A stretch of 28,414 nucleotides of DNA from Tubiluchus corallicola (GCA_030141605.1 JAQGDQ010001706.1:1-28414), one strand, 5' to 3'; shown: positions 10,305 to 23,335, counted from the stretch's first letter. Notes: generated by a model from the sequence alone, not told the origin. Numbers and translations are program-made.

Positions 10305-12059
10305 TCTGGTTTCCGTGCATTATAAACACCGCCAGGTGCTTCAGAATCTTTTTTTTAACTTGTAGAGCGAATTCTATAAACTAAGTACCCAGCCCGGTAC
10401 CTACTACGTGCTGGCAAGTTTACATGAGTATCTAAAAGTCAACAAAAATCCGTAAATTAATTATTTACGCAATTAATGTTAATTACTTACATATTTTAAG
10501 GTGTAATCCTGTAGATTAAAGCAATGTAACCACTTTAAATTTGATCATAATTGATTGAATGACTAATTTCTAGATAAACACAGTTAAACACAACATTAGA
10601 ATAACGGAACTTTTAAGCAAACTGTAGAAATGTCTCAACGCTAACCTTCACACAGCTTGACTTCACAGCATTCATGCTGCCCAGCAGACACCAGCTTACG
10701 TCTTTTTTTCAAATATACCGGCATCAACGTTCGTTTGGCGGGAGATAAGAAATAATTAAATTTCTTTTACACTTTTAAGCAAAGCATTCTATGAGCATAT
10801 TTTGTATTGTGATTTCAATATTTTTAATTGCAAATTAAAATGCAGTAAATATAGTTCGAGGATTAGTTCTTCCTAAAATATAAAGTGATAAACCGCTTTA
10901 CGAATTGTAACTGCAATATGCATAACGACACTTATTTATTGGAAGGTGCTGCCCTCTACGAGCAGTGCGGAGAGGAAAAGACAGGAGGAGAACAATGATG
11001 GTCGCGTTTTTATTTACAGCAATGTTTTTTATCGTTATTGTGTTATAGTTAATAACAGCATTTAGTTATTACCAAATTTGTACCTTGAGAAATTTTAAAT
11101 CTTGACGAAGAGCCAACGATGTAAGTTACAGGAATTTAAATAATTTAATTAAGTTATGAATTCGATCTGTGAAATTTGAGAAAGTACTTTTACCAATAAG
11201 TTGACTTCTTCTTAATTATTAAGCTGCTGTTTATCATTTTATTTATTTTCTTACTTGTTAATGTTCTCTTTATTATTCTCTTTAGAATAAACAACTTTGG
11301 AACATGAATGAAATAGTGAAGGCTTTCTGTACATTACACGAACAATGCTGTGTAATTAACTCCCTAGCTTAAATAACAGAAGTACATATAAACGTTATAA
11401 GATCAACAAATTTTAGCGTTAGATAACAGATAAAACGTCTCTTACTTCGTAAGTGGAATCATTTGTGTCTCCCCAGAACTGTACGTCAAGGTTGCATGAA
11501 TGTCTCCATGAGGTTCCTCAGAACCTATAGTTATCTTTATACGAAAGTGTATTCCTGTAATGATCAATTAGTGGCTGCTAATCACAGGGGAACTATACAA
11601 AATTGTTACTTTTATTGTTAATTTAATTTTCAGCCCACTAACCCCATAAAATTTTTACGAGGAGAATTACTTCTTAAGTCGTGGGTCCACAAGTACATCT
11701 GTCCACCAAACATATATTATTGCAGCATAGCTGAGTAGGCTACTTGAATAGGCTTACATTATACGTATTGAATGCGAGCTTGAAGAACTGAAATGTCTTC
11801 ACCTTCAAAAAAGGACCAGCCGGATCCAAGCCTGCAGGAATAAAAGCAAAATTATTCTATTTAGCGCAATACACATGTTCTTAAAAGAACGTGGAGCTTT
11901 AAAATTGACTTTAGCAAGCTAACCGTCGTTAAACAGGTACCACCAGCTTCTTACAGCACATTTTACCGCTTCCATATAATTGCGACGCGACAGTTCATTT
12001 TTAGTAGAACAGATAACTTATTTACTAGCAAAACCCTGCAAAACAACTTGCGCATAAAT

Positions 12060-12168
12060 TTGCGCACACCACCCGCATTACACCACACCACAACAAAACC
12101 AACACCACATTACATGGTGATGATGATGACGACGACAATGACGACATCCACAACATCAACATCAACAT
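12060..12168 (+). repeat. Low-complexity triplet tract (CAC/CAA/GAT/GAC)
   Basis: Direct reading. Confidence 0.75.
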
Positions 12169-13454
12169 AGCGAAAACTGTGTTGCTAGTAGAACCTTCTA
12201 GAGTGACTAGACATTCTTCTCCTTGTAAACCGTTTTCTGCTCTTTCTGGGAATATGAACGATTTTTCACAAAATGCCAAACAATTGCGTAAGCTGAATTT
12301 TTCTGGAGCCTGTTTGTGCACTTTTCTGCAAAATTTGGACAACTGACTCTGAGAAAAGCCTGTTGCGAGACGGGTGGCCCTCCACGAATTCTAAACACGC
12401 CTTTAAACACTACCAATAAAACGGCACGTTTTGTTTGTTATACAGATCGCCGAAAATGGTGCCATCGTTTGGCGTCGGGAAGTGAATCGTCGTTCAGTCG
12501 TGAGTAAACAAGTTGCGGACCACGTGAGTCGTGAGTCGGGGAGAGAGGAGAGTCTGGAGAGACTACAGGAATCCTGAGAAGAGCAAAGACCGCTAGACCC
12601 AGCGTAGACAACTATCTGCGTCCTCAAAGAATTGAGCACTGGATCTGCGAATAGAGTCTTGCAACGGGAACGGAATTGACCAATTGAACGGTTGTTATTG
12701 GTCATTCCACCAAGTTAAGTGAACTTAACCTATCGTAACTTGAGAGCAACTCTGCATAGTAGCTTCATCACAGTAATAGACACCTTAAGTGTGACGTGTA
12801 GTCGATTGTAATAATATGTTTCACATTGTAAATTAGCACCTTAAGTGCGAAGTGAGGAAATCGTTAAGGGAATCTGTTTAGTATCTCTGGGAGCTAATTA
12901 TAAATTGTGAGCGTCTTTGGCGATTAAGTACATATATTGTAATTTTAGCAAACTAAGAGTAATTGTTGTAAACAATAAACGGATTTCGCTTAATCATAAA
13001 TGAATAGTTTGAGTATGCTTAGAGGTGTCTCAGTTAAGCAACATTAAATTCTGTAAACGAATCTGAAGATTTGCTGTATACATTAAGTATTCTACGAGTT
13101 CAATTGCGGGAACTTTTGCTAGATAGCTTTAGAGATTAAGACTCTTTCACAACGCGGAGTCGTAGAAACAATCTTGTGAGAAGTTATCATTGCTCTATAG
13201 ATTTAATCTTAAGCTCTAGTAGCCGGGTTGTGAATAACCTTATAGCAATTAATGTAATAGATGCAAATCACTCCTTCAGTCTTAAGTCACGTTTTATACG
13301 ATCACATGCGACAGATAAGAATCAATATTAATTAGGGAGATTAATATTGCATAATAAAGAGTGACCAGGTTTAATAATAACTGGTGAGCAGTGACTAAGA
13401 TAATAAAGTGATAACTGGTACTCGAGTCCAGGATCATTAAGGAGGAGCTTATAT

Positions 13455-14205
13455 ACATGTGAACAAAAGTCTACAAAAAGAACAGTTCTGTTTGAACAAC
13501 TTACATGTGAACAAAAGTCTGCAAAAAGAACAGTTCTATTTGCACAACTTACATGTGAACAAAAGTCTACAAAAAGAACAGTTCTGTTTGCACAACTTAC
13601 ATGTGAACAAAAGTCTACAAAAAGAACAGTTCTATTTGCACAACTTACATGTGAACAAAAGTCTACAAAAAGAACAGTTCTATTTGCACAACTTACATGT
13701 GAACAAAAGTCTACAAAAAGAACAGTTCTGTTTGCACAACTTACATGTGAACAAAAGTCTACAAAAAGAACAGTTCTATTTGCACAACTTACATGTGAAC
13801 AAAAGTCTACAAAAAGAACAGTTCTGTTTGCACAACTTACATGTGAACAAAAGTCTACAAAAAGAACAGTTAAGTTTGCACAACTTACATGTGAACAAAA
13901 GTCTACAAAAAGAACAGTTCTATTTGCACAACTTACATGTGAACAAAAGTCTACAAAAAGAACAGTTCTGTTTGCACAACTTACATGTGAACAAAAGTCT
14001 ACAAAAAGAACAGTTAAGTTTGCACAACTTACTGTTGAACAAAAATCTACAAAAGAACAGTTCTGTTTGTACAACTTACATGTGAACAAAAGTCTACAAA
14101 AAGAACAGTTCAGTTTGCACAACTTACATGTGAACAAAAGTCTACAAAAGAACAGTTAAGTTTGCACAACTTACTGTTGAACAAAAATCTACAAAAGAAC
14201 AGTTC
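13455..14205 (-). repeat. 48-bp minisatellite, mirror copy
   Basis: Translations are identical to the left copy, so copy number and variant order appear the same. Confidence 0.97.
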
Positions 14206-16664
14206 AGTAAAATTTAATATTAAATGAACAAATATATGAACAATATTGTAAATTTAAATTTAGTTTTAAGTTTCATTATCTCGACAGAAATCGCCAGTGT
14301 CCCACTTGGGCTGCCCATGTACGATACTGCTTTTCCGCAAATTTAGCGCATGCGCTTTACCGGAAGTGTCCTACTTTGGCTAGTGGGTTACTCGGCGCCC
14401 TACAAGGCTAACTAAGCTGTAGCGTAGGTGCCAATTCTTATTCTTCTCACAAAATGTGTACCATTTCAAATTCATAATTATAAACCAAAATTTTTATCAC
14501 ACCCCACAAACAGTTGTGCAGCCTGTTTAGATGTGCTATGCGACTATGTCTAATTAGACATAGACATAGAAATAGAACATTTATTTTCTCCAATTAGCTT
14601 AACATCAAAAGTTTTTTAAATATTAAGTAATTATAATCGTGGAGCAGGGCAGGGAAGGACCACAGGGTCATCTAGTCTCCTGCCCTTTCTTATAAATAGA
14701 TTAGTATATTAAAAATTAACGGTGATACTGCAGATAACAAAAACAAAAGCGAATAAGAAAATAATAATAATAATAACAGTATAAATGATACAAATTATCC
14801 AAAAATTTATTTCAACATGTTTTTTCTTGTGACTTCTTGAAACCAGAACTATTACTTTCCAGCTGTTGCTTAAGCCTGTCGCTGTGCAAAATTTACCTTC
14901 ATTTTATTATGCAAAGGGATACACAGACAGACAGACATATTAGATTTAGATTTGGATTTAATATTTTATTTCAAACTTCACAAAGTTCATATACACATCA
15001 CAAATTAATTCCAAATAATACAATAAATCACGAAACACAACAATAACACAAATAACAATTAACTATATAAGAAACTACGCCAATGACGTCTAATTACAGA
15101 AGTAAAGTTTGCATCACTGTTTAAAATGTTCTTGCATATAAAATTTTCGCTCTTATTCAGCCTGACATGTAAACTGTATGCACATTTTCTGTGAATCACA
15201 TCAAAATAAATAATATTAAGTCTAGTAGAAATATATCTAGCACTCGTATGATATGAAAAGTTAAACAGAGAGACAGATAGACAAGACAGACAAGCAGGCA
15301 GAGGGGCAGACAGGCAGACAGACACAGACGGACGGACAGACACACAGACAGACAGACACGGTTGGACGGACAGACAGACAGACAGACAGGTAGACAGGCA
15401 GACCGACCGATCGTCAGACAGACAGGCTAAGCGCCATAGTAATAATAACTAATTATACGTACGTCGACAGGCGATTGGTCCAGTAATGTTGCGCTGATGA
15501 ACAGTAACGCAACCGCAGTTGCTATGGTAACGACAAGCTTCGTCCGTCTACTGCGAGTTGCATAGATCATTACTGCTTTGGATCTATTTCCACATCGTCA
15601 CTGAAGCCCGTATGAATCACATATGAATTTGAAACGATTTTAAACTCACACGCCATAGTGAAAGACAAAATACATTAACCAAATTACCGAATAACGACAA
15701 ATTCAAATTCATGCTTTATGTTGATAAGCACTACGTAAGCTTCAAACGCGTGCAGTTTTTATCACATAAGCTGTGGGGTGTTCAATTTAACACTGCAACC
15801 ACCATTCTACGCCAGAGAGGTTTAAACTCAGTTTTTTTACTTCCTCGTTGTATCAGTCTGCGTTTGTAGCCCGGTGGTCAGTCCAGAACTAACTGGGGTG
15901 TCGCTGAACTTACACCAATTAACCCCCTTGACTGTCTTCAAACACAGCTACATGAAAGTAAAGCTTGCCTAAAATTTACCCTGGAGCTCGGTTATAACAA
16001 TTCGACACGCGCAGGTGAACCGATTAGAATTTCACTGATAAAAATAGGTTACCTCACCTGTATGTATGTACGAATATGGCCAATAGCAATCTACGTAGGT
16101 CGTACCTGTCATAGGCAGGGTTCTACGCATACGATTGCAAACACTGTACCACGTCTGTCATTTTTTACAAATCTCTCTAGACGAGATTAGTGAAGGTAAA
16201 AGACTACGTACAGTAGGATTTTTACAATATGAATATATATATATATATATATTCATATTGTAAAATTTTATATACATATATATTATTAATATTATTACAA
16301 TTATTTATATATGTGTGTGTGTGAGTATGCGTGTGTATGCGTGTGCGTGCGTGCGTGCGTGCGTGTACGTGTGTGTGTAAAAAGTCACAATTAATTTTGG
16401 TCAGGGTTTGGTTTAGGGTTAGGGTTATTTCTTTTTTCCTCTGCCTTTTTTCTCTGGCTTAATTCCTGTGATTTTTTTCTGTGAGTTTTAAGTGGATTTG
16501 TGTCAAATAGAACTTAGAATTTGTCGTTGGCATCATACATTACACCACAATGACATACATACAGCAAAAGAACAACAAAATACAAAAGTACAAAACAGAG
16601 CTATTGCATTAAAACAAAACATAGAGCAAAACAAAACACTTGTAACAAATAACATATTTATATA

Positions 16665-17634
16665 CCGTAAAACGGGGTGAGTTCGCCACCCGAGGGTGAG
16701 TTCGCCACCCCTTACGTAATGGCCATTGTAGGTTCGCTGTAACTATTGTTCAGTGTTTAATGAACAGATATCATGATCACCGTCATTATAAACAGTTTGC
16801 GACAGTTATCTTCTTTCAATTCGCACTAGAAGTATTCCATTCTGCGCTACATATTATTTGTCTACTGTTTCTTGCTACTTAACATGCCACGCACCTGCAC
16901 CCCTGTATCGGGTCATAGATACCAAAATTATACCCCAGAAGCTCTGGAAGCTGCCCTACATGCCGACAAGAATAACAACAGGACAATCAGCGCAGCGGCG
17001 AGACAATTCGGGGTTCCAAGAAAGACCCTTGCTGACAAACTCTCAGGAAGTCATCCGCGGAAGACCGGAGGTCAGCCAGTGTTCTCCGCCGCCGAGGAGC
17101 ACGAAATCGCCAACACTCCAAGTGGCCGCTGAGTGGGGGTTCCCAATGACTGCCATCGATCTCTGACTACTGATTAAGAGTGTTCTTGACGCGAAGGGAG
17201 TTCAGGAACGACGATTCAAGCCAAACACCCCTGGAATAGACTTTGTCAAATCATTCGCCCGAAGGAACAATCTGGTTTTCAGAGTGGCTGGCAACATCAA
17301 GGGCGCCCGCGACAAGATCAGTGCACAAGACGTTCAAGCCTTCCTTGCCAACGTAGAAATTTCTATTTGAAAACTAAAACTAGACATTTTTCATAATTTT
17401 TTCATAGGGTGGCGAACTCACCCCCAACCAGCCAATCACAACCAGTTAACTTCAGCTGCCTAGAATGGCATTAAACAGTGTTAAATTGTTGGTGGCGAAT
17501 TCACCCCACGATAGTGTTTCATTCGAAAGGCAATATAAAGCTTGAACTAAGAAAATCGGTTGGGTAATTCTCTTGCTATGGCAGGAAACGTAAAAAATAC
17601 CCCTAAAAAGTGGCGAACTCACCCCGTTTTACGG
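16665..17634 (+). mobile_element. 970-bp pogo/Tigger-like transposon, mirror copy
   Basis: Same TIRs and TA flanks, and the same flanking DNA as the left copy, so it was co-duplicated rather than inserted independently. Confidence 0.92.
16884..17370 (+). pseudogene. Transposase N-terminus pseudogene, mirror copy
   Basis: ORFs 16872..17132 and 16858..17166 overlap at the frameshift; in-frame TGA at 17164..17166; homology continues to ~17370. Confidence 0.88.
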
Positions 17635-19456
17635 TAATTTTAGTATTTTAGCAACTTATGTAACCTATTTACCAGTGTCAGAAGATATCTGTTGCTGCTC
17701 TTGAATCAAGTGACGTGGTTTTCAGATAAGCCATTTTTCTGGTAGAGAATTCCACAGGTAAGAAGTCCGGGGGAAAAACTAGGTTTTTAAACGGCTATTC
17801 CGCATAATGGAATCTAACTTCTAAGAACCAGGGTAAAACTACGAGGAGCAACAGTAAAATCAGTGTTTTACGATCAGACGTCTAGTTACAGAGTGTAACT
17901 CATATAACATAACTTCTATTTACCAATTCTGTTATCAATTATTAATTATTTTATTCAAACTTTCAGCACAAACTGCACGTAGTTTTTACAATTACAAGTA
18001 TTATATCTTGTTGTTGCTGTCAAGCAATTTAATCTAGCATTCTATAATTATTTGTTTTTTTCGTATTTTTACAAACATGCATTTCCTGAAACTGTTTAAA
18101 ACGAAGCCAGCCTTAGTCACGTGACCTAAGCATTAGTAGTATACACCACCTATCAATCACACTTGTTTTTACACGTAGTTACATTTTCTGTTGCCGCTAT
18201 GCTGTTCATGCCGTTTGGTGATACTTGCATTGCTTTGTCTATTTTGTTGCAATTTAACAGACACTAGTTGTATTTTCAAGCCAAAGTTGTCACCAGTAAA
18301 TGTAAGTCACCATCTACTTTAATCATTAGTTAATAGTTTAAATTGGTTAGAATTGCTTCAAATCTCTAGAATCATAAAGTAATAATTTGTGTTTCAGTCT
18401 TCTTAAATCTAACTTTTCATTTTATCTAAATAGTAATAACCTTTAGTACATTCTTAAGCACTTTTTGTGATCTGTTATTTTAATAAATTGCAGGTCTATC
18501 GCGCAGTTCAATACTGATTTTTTGCCGTTTCTTTGCCTTGACTGGGCGCGTCGACATCTAATAAAATAAAAAAAAAAAATTAAAATCTTAATTAAAATGA
18601 TGAGGTGCAAATGCAAATTTCAATGAAGCCATTTCGGGTTGAAGCAGTTCACATTTTTCAAAGACCAGAATTTATGAACGTGTTTTTTAACACGAGGTTG
18701 CTAACGCAATAAACGTTTTTTTATAATTATCTTCCTGCTCTTTCTGACTTTTATTGTACACTGACAGCCATGGCGATCAGAATAATTCTATTGTTTAGGA
18801 AACAATTTGATAATGTGTACTTTGTTATGCAGTTTTGCTATAATTTAGTTTTTTTTAGACTTAGCAGAAAGTGGTAGTATCTTAGGGAGGTGCTGCCATC
18901 TTTTGGTTGTTTGTCTGTAAAAATAATTTACGTATTTCTTAAGCAGTTTACTATACTATCTATTTACATACCATTTACTGGGTTTCAACTAAAGTTCATG
19001 AGGTGGGTGTAACAGGAGTCCTGGCTATTGTATGTTGGGCAGTAGTAGTTCGGGTTTCCCATAGTCTACTGGTAAAGTTCAGATTTCAAATTTCATAATT
19101 TAGTTTGTTAAGGTATGTTTGCTTCAAATTACATTTTTTGGTTTTTTGATTTACCTAAACTGAGATTAGTGCTTTAAATTTAATTTTTGTTTGTAGGGTG
19201 TTAAACCTAAGAGAATTATTAAGTTGTAAATGTTGCTTTTTACTTTTATTATTTCAGACTCTAATTTATGTTGAAACCCATCACCACCACCCCTCTACAC
19301 TGCCTCCACTTTTTTTGAGCACAGTAATAAAGGAAATCAACCTGTACCAAAGTGTTCATTATTTTTTTTGAGGTTATGGGTTACCGACAGACAGACAAAC
19401 TGAACAAAACAATAATGAAGATTTGTGAGCAAACTGGATTCTTGTAAAACGTTTTA

Positions 19457-19690
19457 TTGAGCATTTACAGCAATCTTGACAATTGAGCATTTACAGCAAT
19501 CTTGACAATTGAGCATTTACAGCAATCTTGACAATTGAGCATTTACAGCAATCTTGACAATTGAGCATTTACAGCAATCTTGACAATTGAGCATTTACAG
19601 CAATCTTGACAACTGAGCATTTACAGCAATCTTGACAATTGAGCATTTACAGCAATCTTGACAATTGAGCATTTACAGCAATCTTGACAA
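19457..19690 (-). repeat. 26-bp minisatellite x9, mirror copy
   Basis: Reverse complement of 2143..2376 with the same copy number. Confidence 0.97.
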
Positions 19691-20684
19691 CTGCAGTCGT
19701 TGTCGCTTATTGTACCGAGTGCGCGATTGTAGTATTATGTGACCCATTTAATTGTCAGTCTACTACACTAAGGTACTGAATTAGTCTATGCTGCCATCTA
19801 CAGTCGTTGTTTTACTCTAATTATACAAAGTTTGTCAGAGATTGATTTTTGTTTCTAAATATTATTTCCTTTTGCTTTTATAGATATTCATTAATCAGAG
19901 TAATTAGATTGTTAATTTCATGCTTTAATTCTGGTTCTAACTCTCTTATTCAAGTTTAAATAGATAAAAATTATAACATTATAACACAGCTTTCTGTAAA
20001 CCAATAATCTTTATTCTGCTATCAAAGAAGCCAAGTAGACTTTGATTTTGGTTTAACTAGTAGTCTGTAGAGTATAGGTGACCTTTCCATTTATGGTCTG
20101 TATGCATGAATGTGATGTACCTTCCAATAGGAACTTGAATCTCTGGTCATGTGATTACAGCTTTATTCTCTCAGGCATGCAAGTTTCAGTTGATCTAGAG
20201 AAGCATTGAGAAAGGATGCAAATTTTCTACTGTTAAATATCATATTGCTAACTTTATGACTGTTTGTTCAATTTTGTGATTGAGGTGAACATTGTCTACA
20301 TTTTACAATAAAATGATTGGCAGTTTCTACAGTCGTACAATCAAGGGGCGTAGCTAGGTTCTACAGTTAGGGGGAGCAAGCTTATATAAAGAAGGCTCCG
20401 TGACACGTGCCAAACGATTTTAACGCATTAATTCGTTCTGTCACGTCACAACTTCTGTCACCTATCCCAATCAGATAGCTTCTTAGTGTTTTCTCCATTG
20501 ATTAAAATTTCGCGTTTTTATAGCTGCTGTTTATTGTTGTTTACTGCTGCTACCGTTGCGCTGTGAACAGCCGAGAGGGCATAGCAAGCTAGCAAATCTT
20601 TTAGTACAAATAGCGGGAGCACTGAGTAACCCTCAGTCCTTTTAGTAAAATAATTCGTTGTATTGGTAGTGCAAAGCTGATTAT

Positions 20685-20962
20685 TGTTGTTTTAGGGATG
20701 GCAAAACTATGAAGAGTCAGATTATAAAACTCCACGTTTATTGAACATCAGACACAATAAATATAACAGGTAGTAATGCCAAGCCCCCTGATCTAGCTTG
20801 CTCTCCTTCAGCTCCCAGACTCAATCTCCTGAGCTGGGCGCATCACAAGGCTTATATCTCGTGCGCCGAGCTTCGACGCATCGACGCCTACGCTTCGGTT
20901 CTGAATCACTTGCTCACGTGGCACCACTCCTTAACTGGGCTTCATGCCAGCATTCATCAGCA
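20685..20962 (-). mobile_element. Solo LTR, mirror copy
   Basis: Reverse complement of 871..1148. Confidence 0.55.
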
Positions 20963-22524
20963 TAATTATCTATCATAATCTAACGCTTTTGACATAGTTT
21001 AACAGCTGCTCATTATTTTTTATTGAATTGCCTAGTGCGCACTGAACTTCTGCGCATAGGAGTGCGTCATCAAGTCTGTAATCGCGACGCGACCTCTTAA
21101 GTGGGTCAACCATCAGCTGATCATAGCGTGATGTGCCACACCTAATTCAACTTCTGGTTTCCGGCTTCAATAATTTAATCTTTAATGGGCCAATTTAATG
21201 TAAGACGGTTAGGAGATGGGGCTTCAAATCAACGTTGCCCAATTTTAGTATCATTAGATAGTTACGAGAGGCAAGAAAACATAATGAGACAGTCAGCAAA
21301 GCTGAAGCGTAAACAAGCACTCCTCTCGAAAGTGTACCGTATTTATTCGAGTATAACACGCAAAATTTTCGACCTAAAAAAAGAACTCAAAGTTTGGGTG
21401 CGCATTATAAACGAGGGCTGAGGTGTGGCGTAGCTAAGGAAATAGTCAATAATATTTGCTTCTGGTTGAGGCAATAATTTCATCTTTAATCATCAATTTA
21501 AAATACATTTTCTTTACTCATGGCATTCCTTACCATATATATGATAATATGATTGTCTTTCTGAACAGTGTTAAAACAAAACCGGGCCCAGTGTACATCA
21601 AAACAATCTACTCTTTAAAATATTGAAAGAAAACATACATTTTTTTTCAAAAATGACCTACGTGAAAGAATTATTACCACACAAACGCAAGTTCATGTTC
21701 GAGCCACTAGTTCTTTGCTGTTACATGCATTTCGCTAGTTAGACGGGCACTAGTGCCTGCATATCAGAAATGCATTGCCGAAAAACAGATGCAGTACCGC
21801 TCAGTTCAGACGTGTTAGTTTGTGACGAACTACACACATTCGATGGCTCACACGTGAGCACTTTGGTAAATTTGAATTTTTATCTTAAAGCTTTCCTAGT
21901 CTTAGTACAGCACTCCAATATCTTACAGTAGCACTTCCCTTCAATTTTCACTTTTGCAAAAACGTGCAACACGCTCGTGGAATATTTTAGCTGTTGAAAT
22001 TATGTTAGTTTGTGATGTCGTCAATAGTTGGGCTCGCCCGTCATTAATTAAGTTTTTAATCTATTATTTAATTATCAGAAACGCTTTTGCAGTATTAATT
22101 GTGTTAATATGTATATTTTTCGACAGACCTGAAAATGAGTTGAAAAAATCACTATTATTAACAGGATACAGATTGACTAGTTTAATCCATAGTATCAAAA
22201 TTAACCGAGAGTTTGCTTTTGTGATGACATGCCAGAAACTACGAAGTCAGTTTGTTCGTACGAAGATTTTACGATGATAAAATTCAGCCTCGTCCATAAT
22301 CTTAGTGGCTATGGGACATGTTTGTTAACTTCCACAACACTTTTGATATAAGTGCTACACAGATTATAAAACAATAACATTCCCTCTCACCCTTGGTGGT
22401 CCATACAAGGTTTGGGACTAATTTATTTTGTGTTTTTCTGTTTTTTACTGACTGCTTAATAAATTGCTCTAAATGACCAGTGAAACTAGCGGGAGAAAAG
22501 CAAAAGAAAAATATGATTGAGAAA

Positions 22525-22985
22525 TAGATAGACAAGTATGTAGATAAGTAGGTAGGTAGGTTGGCATGTAGGTAGGTAGGTGGGTGGTTGGGTGACTGGC
22601 TGGTAGGTAGGTAGGTAGGTCTGTAGGTAGCTGGGTGAGTGGGTGGTTGGGTGGCTGGCTAGGTAGGTAGGTAGGTGGCTGGCTAGGTAAGTAAATTGGT
22701 AGGTAGGTGGTTAGATAGGTAGGTAGGTAGGCAGGTAGGTAGGTAGGTAGGTAGGTAGGTAGGTAGGTAGGTAGGTAGGCAGGTAGGTAGGTAGATAGGT
22801 GGGTGGGTGATTGGGTGGCTGGCTAGGTAGGTAGGTAGGTAGATAGGTAGGTAAAGTAGGTAGGTGGGTGGGTAGATAGGTAGGTAGGTAGGTAGACAGG
22901 TTGGTGGGCAGGTAGGTAGGTAGGCAGTAATTAAGCAAATAGATAGATGGACAGAGAGACAGAGAGACAGAAAATGACAGAGATG
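22525..22985 (+). repeat. Compound tetranucleotide microsatellite (TAGG/TGGG/TAGA/GACA)
   Basis: Direct reading; explains the PTYL-repeat ORFs. Confidence 0.95.
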
Positions 22986-23093
22986 CAAGCATTATGGTCT
23001 GCTATGTGGACTACAGTTCGCATATCATTTTCATTTGAAAGATTTAATTTGTTGTGAAAAAATTATCTCAATGTATCAAATTTTGTGTTACAG

Positions 23094-23256
23094 AGAAGAG
23101 ATGGATGGACGGATATTTCCTGAAGTTGGTTGCTGACCTCATAGAGGTGGAAGCTGATGATTACGCTCGTGACATCACTCGAGTCTTCCGAGTCTTCTCC
23201 AACCAGTGGAAGTATTTTTTCATTTTCTTTTTTGCTTTGTGCACTAACAGTCAAAA
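23094..23256 (+). CDS. DNAH12: Exon of an axonemal dynein heavy chain-like gene (DNAH12/3/7 group, N-terminal region 2)
   Basis: Acceptor TTTTGTGTTACAG and donor AA|GTGAGT. Translation EKRWMDGYFLKLVADLIEVEADDYARDITRVFRVFSNQWK matches my recollection of the DNAH12 stretch EKRWMDGxFLxL...EA...F.REI...F. Paralog assignment is tentative. Confidence 0.75.
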
Positions 23257-23335
23257 GTGAGTGTAGCTTGTTTTACATTTTTATTCTACCTGGAGATTAT
23301 AATGCAATTATATTCAGCATCTTGATACTTGACAC

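Larger units (their letters stand above)
9363..12463. other. Unique spacer (loop) of the palindrome
   Basis: 3.1 kb between the arms with no mirror symmetry and no convincing long ORF. Confidence 0.93.
12464..21831 (-). repeat. Right arm of giant inverted repeat
   Basis: Starts ATCGTTTGGCGTCGG (reverse complement of 9348..9362) and ends GTTTGTGACGAACT (reverse complement of 2..15). Net 7 bp longer than the left arm. Confidence 0.98.

Noticed and set aside
2-21831. Autonomous giant transposon (Polinton/Maverick-like) with huge TIRs
   Set aside because: The spacer has no polymerase, integrase or capsid ORFs, the arms are ordinary TE-laden genomic DNA, and no TSD can be assessed.
22683-22992. 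PTYL-repeat ORFs (also LSIY ORFs at 26145..26610)
   Set aside because: Translations of tetranucleotide microsatellites.
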